This document shows positions 51,180 to 61,764 of a stretch of 64,000 bases of DNA, piece by piece. Under the pieces are notes generated by a model, which made no database searches, was not told where the DNA came from, and worked only from the letters and a program-made list of their open reading frames with translations. Location: the NCBI GenBank assembly GCA_973895155.1, contig OZ316898.1:10997187-11061186 (forward strand), written 5' to 3'. How positions within the stretch are numbered: the first letter of the stretch is position 1; each line of letters opens with the position of its first letter. The stretch is from Marsupella aquatica. Lineage: Eukaryota; Plantae; Marchantiophyta. A program made the position numbers and the translations under genes.

Positions 51180-51563
51180 AAATTCAATCACGTTTCCAAT
51201 TTAAGCATCGGAAGGAAAACAAAATTAAATCTCAGGAGAGGAGAGGAGAGGAGAGGAGAGGAGAGGCTAAATTTCACAATTCTTATCTGAGCACGACCCA
51301 AAAAGGAAAAGCTGGAGTCGTCTCGCTAAACATACACTTCTCTCCACTCGGAGGGCTCCACCTGTGGGTGATGCTTCTCCAAGTAAATTCAATCACGTTT
51401 CCAATTTCAGCATCGGAACGAAAACAAAATCTCTCTGTCCACAGCAGTCCAGAGCAGAGGACAGAGAGCTCCGGCTATAATTTCACAATTCTCATGCGGG
51501 CACGACCCAAAAGGAAAAGCTGAAGCCGTCCCACTAAACATCCACTCCACTCGGAAAAGCTCC
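51180..51563. repeat. Degenerate tandem duplication (~205-bp period) with a (GGAGA)n microsatellite, upstream of AMY
   Basis: aaattcaatcacgtttccaattt.agcatcggaa...gcacgacccaaaa.ggaaaagctg at 51180 and 51385. Confidence 0.85.
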
Positions 51564-52869
51564 CCTCCACAATTACCCAAAGAAAACACAGGAGTGTTCT
51601 TGATCTGCAAATCCGTGGGATCGACCACCACGGCAACTGACGCAGAAGACAGTGAGAGAGTGTCTTGGATGATGAAGTCGAGTGTCTTTCAAATTCTGCG
51701 GAAGGCAAGATTGGGACATTTTTGAGATGCAAGGAGACATGACTGCAGCAATTGCGTACACTCCCATTAAATGAAGCCCCGACATATCAGTGCCAAACGA
51801 ATCTAAGACTTGCATCACAGGAGCGCACTTTTGCTTTGGCCAATCACTCGGCAAAGAAGCTTCAAACGTTGGTCAATTCATCTGTAAGGGGGGGAGGATT
51901 TCTGCCGTCGATCTCCATCCGACGGTGCATGCAGCGAAGTCCGATTATCCACAAACAATCATGCAGACACCTTCGTGTTGAACTGCCTCACAGTACGAAT
52001 ATAGGACATGAAGAGATCCGTGTTTGACCCTATCTCTCTCGACCATAGGGTCAAACACCATGCCCCTCCATCATCTTCTGGATCCCAAGGATTGAAATTG
52101 CAATTAACATGCCAAATAGCAAAGGCCGTTTTATTTACTTACAAAATTTTACTATAAAAGCCTTAACTGAGGTCTACTTTTAAGAGCCCAGGTATAAAGT
52201 AAAGCCTCTAGATACTAACTCTATGGTCATCATGTGCATGGGAAAAATTGGTGACATGACTATGACATATGTCAACTGGTACATGCAAATTTTTTATGAT
52301 AAATTTTAAATATTTACATTCAAAAAATATGGCATTATGGCCCCATCACAACATAGTGCATAGAAGATGGATGTGCATACAAAAAGACTCATGTGTACAT
52401 AAAGAAGAATGGTATATTCCGTAAAATGATATATTATATATGATTATTAAAATGATGAGTTTTTTATCATTTCATTAACTTCAAAGAACACGAATAAAGA
52501 ATATATTTTGATAATATTTTTATTGTCCTCTCCGCTATTCACGGTCAAAGAATGGGTAGTCCGGGGTAGTCATAATAAATGATTAATTTATATTTAGGTC
52601 ATTTACTTAACAAACAACAACTATTAACTCTGGCCATTTGATCTGATTCATCAACTTGTTTTGATCTATCATTTGCTAACAATGAGTATGGTGGACGACG
52701 GTGCACAAGGGTCAAAACTTGGTTGTCTGAGGGGACAATGGGTCAGAATTTTCCTATCATACAAAAGAAAGGACAAATTTAGTTAAATAAGTGTCACTAA
52801 AATACCACAAGAAGTTGGAGAAATAACTCTGGCCTATCAAAGGTTAACTATAGTAAAAGTTTTTGTGAA

Positions 52870-53820
52870 TGAGTGGGGTGAGCGGCCCAACCAGACTGTC
52901 ACTTAGGGCGACTGTAAATAGAGAGGGTGAGGCAGATTCACTTTTAAAAGTCCAGGTGACTTATTCTCTTCAAGTGCATGTTAATTCTGCCTGGTGGAAT
53001 CAAGATTACCAAGGTGACTCCAAAATTGGCATATCAAGAATACCATTCAGCTGTTGGCCTTGTTGTCTAGCTCGGGGGGGTTGACTATCAAAAATCTTAG
53101 GAACCACGTGCGATCCAAAATAGGTATTTTTGATAGAAATTAACTAAATTTTTTTAAAGCGTAGGAGGAAAAAGAATCTATTATAAACTCATGTTTATAG
53201 AATATTCTCTAATATATACTTTTTATAAAATAAAATAGGTTATTAATATTGAAAATGGAGAATATTCTTGGAATATTTTCTTTATAAAATAGATCTATTT
53301 ATATTAGGCTAGGATCGCACGTGGTACCCCAAAATATACACTTAGTTAACCCCCCGAGGTCTAGCTCTGAGTAAAGAAAAACCCATGCAAGCCATTGCAG
53401 CTCACTTTGTAAATTCAGTCAAACCACCACCTTGGAAACTCACCCTGCTCCAAGATATTGACTGAAAACTATAGTGCCTAAAGAAATAAACTATAGTGCC
53501 TAAAGAAATTGCAGCAGTTTGGAAATGGATGCTCATGGAAAGAAAATCCTCCCATAGCATCCAACCTGTTCAGGAGGACTCAATGGAATCAGGGTATAAG
53601 GTATAAGAGAAAAAGTGACATAGGTGTACTCCTAAGCACTCTCCCGTAGCCCAAGGAGTAAGTTTGGGAGTATGCTACTTAACCTCACTAGACACACTTT
53701 TAATTGACAAATGTGATATGATAAGAAAATTGACCTGTTTGGTGTGATGCCATCAGGGTTTCCAAAGTCCATCTGGGCATCTTAGCCTATGCTATGGGGC
53801 CAGATTTCCTGCCCATTGTT
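52870..53820 (-). mobile_element. Highly degenerate LINE ORF2 fragment interrupted by a MITE
   Basis: Minus-strand remnants VLRSTPMSLFLLYLIP..LLNRLDA and ISWSRVSFQGGGL resemble the post-RT region of L1-type ORF2. Confidence 0.45.
53071..53358. mobile_element. MITE (~288 bp) with GC-rich TIRs and an AT-rich core
   Basis: CTCGGGGGGGTTGACTA..ACCACGTGCGATCC / GGATCGCACGTGGT..TAGTTAACCCCCCGAG; flanking duplication GTCTAG(CTC). Confidence 0.85.
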
Positions 53821-54253
53821 GTACTTTCCACTTTTTTCCCCCAAAAGGCTTTTTATAACACATAAATTTAGATGTTGAATTGCATAGTTTCACACTCTTT
53901 GTAGTTGAATTAATATGTTTCTATCTTTTTCCAACCCTGGTTAAGAGAAATAATTCCCATTAGGCTTGATGAACTATATATATATATTTCGGTCACTATT
54001 GGTGGCCCAACACAAAAATGTGATTTTAACACCATTGTTTTTTAGACCAAGCTTCTTGTATATTGAGCCAATTGATGAGCTTGACTGTAAGTTCATCTTG
54101 CTGGTTGTTGGAATTGTCTGGATTGAAGTGTCACCAGATGACGTACGCCTGCATAATGAGGTACAAAGGAGGTCTACTCTGTTTACATCCATGTTGAGAT
54201 AATGGTAGTGCTTAAGTAAAATGAACTCCAACTACCTTTGTGGAATCCAGAAT

Positions 54254-54711
54254 GAAACTGCTATATGGTAATCCATCTTCCAATTTTGTCTTATTCAAAC
54301 TTCTTTTCTTGTGTATTTTAATTCAATGTGTCTTACCAAGGTGCATCCCTTGTATACTTTAAATTTTGAATTTAATCTGGCACCCCTCTAAAGTTTTCAA
54401 TCTTTGCTATACTTTTGATCATCCACCCTTTAACAAAGCTCACCTAATTTCAAGCCCTTAGTGAATAAAAAATGATCTAATTAAAGTGCACTCCTCATGT
54501 CTTTAAGTTCTACTCATGGTTTTGTGTCCTAAATTTATGGTTTTAATTCATTTGAGTGTCATTACCTAAGATAATTACATAAGTATCTTCACTAGTGTAT
54601 AGTATATGTAGAACCCAATACCATAGACTTAAATTTTTCCTGTTCATTATTACTTTTCTTTACATGTGTACTTTTATTCTTGTACCTTATGTGCACAACT
54701 TTTCAATGTCA
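54254..54711 (-). repeat. Left arm of a dispersed ~460-bp inverted repeat (partner 59634-60101)
   Basis: The reverse complement matches 59634-60101, e.g. tcaatgtgtcttaccaaggtgcatcccttgtata and tactcatggttttgtgtcctaaatttatggttttaatt. Confidence 0.9.
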
Positions 54712-55056
54712 CGCTTCCTAATCAATGTCCTATTTATATTTGCCACAAAAAAATTAGATCACCTGTATTTCACAAAAACCTTAAACATTTTTCTAGAGGA
54801 CAAATAAATTTTCATGTTCTAGGATGTTTCATGTGCCAGGATGTTTCATGTGCCTGTTTGTTTCATGATTGTGTTGTTGCATTGTCGTCGTCAATTACCT
54901 CCAAATGGCAGATATAAGGACTGGGCACTGGCCGAGGCACTAGCTGACTTGCTGAGTGTGCATGCTCCACAGCAATCATAGCATTTATGCGTCGTCTTTC
55001 CAACGTACAGCAAAAGATGTCCATTTCCCGTTAGCTTGGGACTTCGAGGACCTTTC

Positions 55057-55401
55057 TGTTAGGATTTACTCTTAGGTCTAGAGTTACGACTGTACCGTAG
55101 TTAAGGCTAACCTTAGTTGCAGACTTGGTTAGGTTAGTCATGTTGTGCACACTCTATAACCAAGCGGTGTTTGCTTGGAGAGGTGGAACTCAGGCTCATT
55201 CTTACGGAGTTAGTTGAGAGATAGAGAGAGCTTGTGCTGTGGATGCTTGGTATGGCCGGTCGGTCTAGAGTGCAGTAAAGCTCTTGTTTGTTCCTGTGGA
55301 CGTAGCCTCATGTGGAGGTGAACCACGTATCTCTCTGTGTCGACTCTTGTGTGTTGGATGGTTCATGGGCTTGCCGTTGCAATTGTCGTCGATGCTCAAC
55401 A
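55057..55401 (+). mobile_element. Solo LTR (Copia-like), 345 bp, perfect 5-bp TSD CTTTC
   Basis: TGTTAGG...CTCAACA ends; TSD at 55052-55056 and 55402-55406; GTGGACGTAGCC...GAACCACGTA motif typical of Copia LTRs. Confidence 0.92.
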
Positions 55402-58400
55402 CTTTCCGTGCCAGGCTTGGATGTAACGCAATGGTATCTTGACTTCATCAAGCAGCATAAGGAAGCCGATTGCGAGAAGCTCAACTCCCATGAAGCTGTG
55501 ACAGCAAACTTGATCAAACTTCTTTTGAGGGTTTTGGGCTCTTTGTCTAAAATTCCTCGTGCGTGTAGTTCTTCGGTGCACATTGGAGAAAGATATTGGT
55601 GCAGAATATCCATATCATCCATGAAGAATTGATCGAGAACCAGTAGAATGCGATTGAACAGATAATTTGCCTTTTAGTCTCAAATTTTGGCAAAACAATT
55701 CCATCCCAATTTGGGCCCTTCATCTCGATCGGGAGAATATTTCACGCAAACCTATCACATATGCTCCGTTCAAATTTGAGTTGATTATACGCTGGGTAAT
55801 TGAAGAGGAGCTTGGAATGTCACAAAATGGACTTTCTATTCCCAAGAAATTTGATGTTTTCTCTGTTTATGATCAGTCCCATGTTTGAGAGGTAGAAGCC
55901 AAGGAGAATGGCATTTGCAAGGAGTTGTTTCAATCAGTTCGTAAGTAGTGCACACCTACTTAAGGTACAATATGACTCAAATTAATGTGTCCATCAGGAT
56001 AGTGATAGTGTCTGGGGTCATCTCAGCATCCTCACATCTAGGATGAGCCGTGCAGGGAACATTCTGATGAAGAAGCTGTACCTTTCTTCTAAATGTATTT
56101 TAATGTCGAAACAACCTCAATTGTTGCCTGTTGACCCTATTACCATTGAGAGTGGTATGGCGTTAACAAATCTACGTTGCATACTGTACAAGATTGACCA
56201 AGCTGATGCCTGATATCTAGTTCATTTATCCAGATCATAAGTCTAGTATTGGTTGTTCTTTAAAATGGCTTGCGGAACACGTCCCTCAAATCCATTTACT
56301 TCTGTCGATCATGAGAATCATTCTTAAGTGGCTTTCTTTCCGCTCTTTCTGAAGAACCGCCCTACTTTAGACTATATACATACCCCAAAAATTTTGAATC
56401 CTCAGTGACAATTTTAGAAGAATGCAGGTACGTCTTGTCCATAATCAATCTCTTGGGAGTACCCATTCAGGATTCTGCGACAACTGGGCAGGAATCTGGT
56501 ATTGTTGGTTTCACTGGTTCTGTAGATGGGAGTGCGGACCTCTTGTTCATGTCTCCCGGTTCGGCGCCCTCTATTTTTGGCAGTTTGATATATCCTGTTT
56601 GATGATAAATAAACTCAACCTTTCATGTCAATCACGAAGGTCACTGAACGTGAGTATGAGAAGGTAGACTCCCATATAAATTAACAAGAAGAACAAAGCC
56701 ACTGGCCATCCGTCTCCATATCTTTCCCGTATCAATTCCTCGTGCGTAATCACGGGAATGACGTACGACTGGCTCCTTTTGCTGTTGCTTCTCTGTGGCA
56801 GGCTACTTGACTGGCCGGATTGACGACCAATGGTACCGAGGATTACGTTTAGCTCATGTCGACATTGTGTATCCTCAGGTGCCCATTGCAGAACGTTGTT
56901 TAGCATGTCGACATCAACCTGAACCTCACGTGGATGATAACGCAGATGCTGCAGGGCCCTCGCTCGGTATCCTCGCCGTTTGGAAAGAAATTTCCCTTCC
57001 TATTCCGGAAAAGTTGAAAACAACCAGGATCTTACATCGACATTGTCAACTGCAATAGAGAACGGTCTGCGAGTGAACGGAGATATGGTCATTCTGTTGT
57101 CAATGACAGTCCACCTATCATAGGTTCTGCCATCATTGCACTTCATTGGATCGCACATTGTCTCGAATGTGATTGGGTCTTCAGCACGGTCTTCAGACCA
57201 CCGGTGAGCTGCAGATGTTAATTAAGCACACAAGCCGTGAGCACTTCAAGAACAACCGATGCTGGAACACACTTGAGATGTAGAATCTCTCCTCATAATC
57301 CATTTATCCACTCATAAAGGTGCATGTGAATATAGGGGACTTCCACTCTAAAATTAGGAGAATGAAAGTGAGATGTGTTTCATTAAACCTCGACGTACAA
57401 AAAACAGAGACACTGTATGTATATATCATGCAGTGTGGAGAATGATGCAATTTGGAGAATCTACCTTGTGGTGGTCGGTGACTATGAACAAACCGAAGGA
57501 CAGCTTGTATTGTCACCACTGCAACCTTTAATCACTGCCTCTATAAGGGACACAGGCCAAGGCCGAGTTGTTACACTCGATGCAAAGTACAAGCATGTTA
57601 GCTGCATCCAGAAAAGCGAAATATAAAAGAATGCGAGGGAATGAAATCCCAGCTGCAGGAAATAGTGACTGGGCGCAGTACGTCCAGCATTCCATTCAAT
57701 CATATTAGCCGCATTCAAGGCATTTCTAGTAAACACGAGCTCCAATGCAACTAGAAAGGAATTGCATGAGGAGCGGAAGACGCATGTAGACTGAAAAATC
57801 TCTTGACGAGGTCGGAGGGCAAGTACAGCCAGTGAAACAAGTACTCTGAATGGGATTATATCATTCTCAGTACTCTCAAGGGCTGTAATGATCCAACACC
57901 TGAGTACTGATGGACACATCCTTCCTGCTCTGGACTTGATCACTGGCCCACGGTCTGAGAGCATGCTCTTCATCCGAGAGAGAATTCATTGGTTGAGGTC
58001 TGATCACGACGGGTAATTGTGTCCCGTGCAGAGTACGCACCCCTAGCTTCCTCGGTTGTTGATGAGACTCCACGTTGTTCATGGTAAAGCTTGTTGAAGT
58101 GTGAAACCAATCGACTCGGCATAGATAATGAGAAGAGCCTGCCATCAAATTCGGTCTCAGATCGCTTGTTCTTCGAGAGCGACACGCAAATGCGTCGTCC
58201 AACTGCCATGGCGATCGAGTGTTTATATACCAGCGGGTTGCCAGGCGCACCCCGCTCGACACCGATCTCCGCGACACAGCGGAAGCGGAAGGCTAATCAA
58301 TTAAAAATATATCTACAAACCAAGGCCGTGACGGAAGGTATCGGTCAACAAGGCTCAAATAATATATTATAATATCTAATAACTCCGCCCGCAAAATAAG

Positions 58401-58614
58401 GTGGGCGGAAAGTATGTATAGCCGTACAGCCTCAGCTTCTTGGGCCATGACGTGATGTCAGAATGTGCCAAAATATCAGCTACCCAATATCCCCCAATAT
58501 CAAACAGTAAAAATGTGTCAAACTATAAAATCAAATAATGTTACGGACTTCCATGAGATGGAGAGGTCCCAGGACATTGACTAGGAAGAAATATTAACTC
58601 CTATAATATACAGT

Positions 58615-58707
58615 TGCGCCACTTTTTAGAGTGGTTGTCATTCAAATGAGCCACTTTGAGTGGTTGTCATTCAAATGCGCCACTTTTTAGAGTGGTTGTC
58701 ATTCAAA
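58615..58707. repeat. 3 x ~31-bp tandem repeat
   Basis: tg(c/a)gccacttt(tta)gagtggttgtcattcaaa three times. Confidence 0.85.
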
Positions 58708-59205
58708 TTTGCAGGGCACAAAAATTAAAGAATCTGATCAAGAGAATGAATAAAAAAATATTGAATTATATTGAGTGTGAAATAAAGAGTGACACGTTTT
58801 CCAAGCAAGAACTAAAGTATACTTGGGAATGTGGGAATGCCAATACACAATAATCAAATATTTTATGGACCATCTATGTATAGTACTATCCATGCATAAG
58901 AAGCCCCATGCATAGAAATAGTATTCTCCATGCCTAGACATTGTACCCCATGGTAATCTATGTCCTAGGAGGAGTTTAAATGATTACAAATATTACATAA
59001 TGTAATAGAAAAGATCAAACCAAAAAATAGTACAAAAGGCCTAAGGGGGGGGGGGGAGAGGGGGGGGGGGCGGGAGAAGTTAAGGTTTTCAAGGAATTAC
59101 AAAATGAAAAATACAAAGACAAAAATCATTCTTGACTGGTTATACTTTGTGGTTGTTGTTATTCATTTTTTGTGCCCATTTTGCGCAAGATTTTTTCCTT
59201 AAGAA

Positions 59206-59606
59206 CATCTTGGGCGACACCACATCTTTTTTTCTTAACGGCATCTTGGGTGACACCACATCTTTTTTCTTAAACAACAACATCTTGGGTAACACAACAT
59301 TTGTTTTTCTTAATGACATCTTAGATGACATGACATCTTTTTTCTTAATAACATCTTGAATGGGAGACATGACATCTGTTGTTCTCAATGACTTCTTGGC
59401 CGACACGACACCTTTTGTTATCACCGGCATCTTGGTCAACACGACATCTTTTGTTCTCACATCTTGGGCGACACAACATCTTTCTTCTCAACGATCTCTT
59501 GGCCGACACGACATCTTTATTCTCAACAACCTCTTGGCCGACACGATCTCTTTTGTTCTCAACAACATCAGGAATGACATCTTGGCCGTCACGACATCTT
59601 TTGTGC
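59206..59606. repeat. Degenerate ~36-bp minisatellite, ~11 copies
   Basis: Unit catcttggccgacacgacatcttttgttctcaa(caa). Confidence 0.85.
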
Positions 59607-59633
59607 AACGCACGGGCATTGAGCTATAGTCTA

Positions 59634-60101
59634 TGATATTGAAACTTGTGCACATAAGGTACAAAAATAAAAACACACATGTAAAGAAAAATAATAATGA
59701 ATAGGAAAGTTTAAGTTTATGGTATTGGTATGTGCACATAATGTACATGAGTAGAGATACTTATGTACTTACTTTAGGTAATGACATCCAAAATAATTAA
59801 AACCATAAATTTAGGACACAAAACCATGAGTAGTACTTAAAGACATAAGGTGTGCATATTATTTAGATCATTTTTTCTGTACTCATGAGAATAAGGACTA
59901 AAAATTCAACGAGCTTTGTTACAGGGTGGATGATCTTAAAATATAGCAAAGATTTAAAAAAATTAGAGAGGCACCAGAATAAATTGGAAATCTAAACTAT
60001 ACAAGGGATGCACCTTGGTAAGACACATTGAAATAAAAATGCATAACAAATGAAGTTTGAATAAGACAAAATGAAAGTTGCATTCACCATATAGCAACTT
60101 C
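59634..60101 (+). repeat. Right arm of the ~460-bp inverted repeat
   Basis: See 54254-54711. Confidence 0.9.
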
Positions 60102-60483
60102 AAAAAAATTTAAATCATCTATATTTCACTAAAAAACTTAAACTTTTTGCTAGAGGACAAAATAAATTTTCGTGTTCTAGGATGAATATATTATATTCAA
60201 AAAAATTAGATCACCTATATTTCACTAAAAAACTTAAACTTTTTATTAGAGGACAAAATAAATTTTCATGTTCCAGGATGAGTATATTATATTCAAAAAA
60301 ATTAGATCACCTGTATTTCACTAAAAAACTTAAACTTTTTATTAGAGGACAAAATAAATTTTCATGTTCGAGTATACTATTGTAACTTCAAAAAAGTTAG
60401 ATCACCTGTATTTCACTAAAAAACTTAAACTTTTTTGCTAGAGGACAAAATAAATTTTCATATTCCACGATGAGTATGCTATA
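60100..60483. repeat. 4 x ~96-bp AT-rich tandem repeat; one further copy at 54746-54826
   Basis: Units tcaaaaaaattagatcacct.tatttcactaaaaaacttaaac...agaggacaaaataaattttc at 60100, 60197, 60293 and 60388. Confidence 0.92.
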
Positions 60484-61764
60484 TATGCTATATATGGAAG
60501 AGCATGTATGCCTTTACTCACAAACATTGAAACAGGGGTCCACTAACTAATTGAAATACTTTTTTCTACCACATTAGACAAGGACTTCCGCTTTGAACAG
60601 GGATATAGAAAGTAACCATCTGATGAGATTAGAGTAAATTCCATGGCTGAGAAAATCTCTGTAGTTGTAGGTGAAGTGACCTATTGTAGAAGAGTCGGCA
60701 GCTTTAGCCTCTTCCAGTTTGACCTCAGCAACCACATGTTAAACCTTTCCCGGTCCAAGCTTTCAGGTTAATATTAGTTTGGCTCTCCACACCTGTCCAG
60801 AACGAAGCATCAAATCTGCTCCTGTGATATTCCTATGCACATGGGGGATTCTTTGTTTTTTCGTTGGTGATGGTGGTTTGTCCTTGAAATGGGGAGGGTT
60901 GCTCCTCACTACTTGTTCCATAGTTTATCCCTACTTCTAGAAGCCGATCCCATGACATTCTTCAAGCCATATGTGCATTCACCAAAAACAATCCCCAGGT
61001 CAACGAATTCTATCCATATATAAATCTGTTCATCACAGGCTAGAAGATGAAAATATTCTCCTTCATCCACTTTATCCCCGCTCCATGATAAAGTTGGAAT
61101 ACACATTTCATCATCCTGTGGACAGCTCCAGGGCAACACCGCAAATTCACAAGATAAATGAGAGACATACATTCGATCCTGTATCTGCAAAGATTTTCCA
61201 ATTTATTGGTAGAAAACCATGTGGGCAATAGAGACCGCAGAGGTCGGTGCAAGAGCTCGACATCTAGGATCAGAATTTTGAAATAACCGTCAAAGCTGAG
61301 GTCGAACGCAGATCGGATTGCAGATAAGGAGAAACATCTCTGCTTGAAAATTACACAGATGATACAGAAATGAAAGAATACAAATGACAACTTGCGAGTC
61401 TGCCAAATCCAAGTGACAGGCATTGATTGCTGACTGATACGAAGGCGGTGGTTTAAGGATTCGCTAGCTGCTTCGTGACGGGCCTTCAAGCCTAAATCTT
61501 CCCTTGTGACGATGGGGAGTAAAGGAGAGCGTAAGATCTTTCTGAAACTCTCCTTGATGGACCTTCAAGCCCGGATCTCTCTTCCGATTAAGGGAACGAA
61601 GGAGAGGGGCTAACTATAAGATCTTTCTGAAAGTCGCTGGAACACACAGAAATGAAGGGGCGGACATTCTATAATGAATTTTTTTCTGAAGCTAGTATGG
61701 TACACGAGAGCTAATCTCTCTAGTTTTCTGTGCTGCTAATCAAGTACGTAATTTCCAAGAATGT

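Noticed and set aside
57482-58277. Intact gene from the 163-, 133- and 79-aa minus-strand ORFs
   Set aside because: No consistent splice model or recognisable domain.
58615-60483. CRISPR-like arrays
   Set aside because: The units are contiguous and degenerate with no unique spacers; eukaryotic context and no cas genes.
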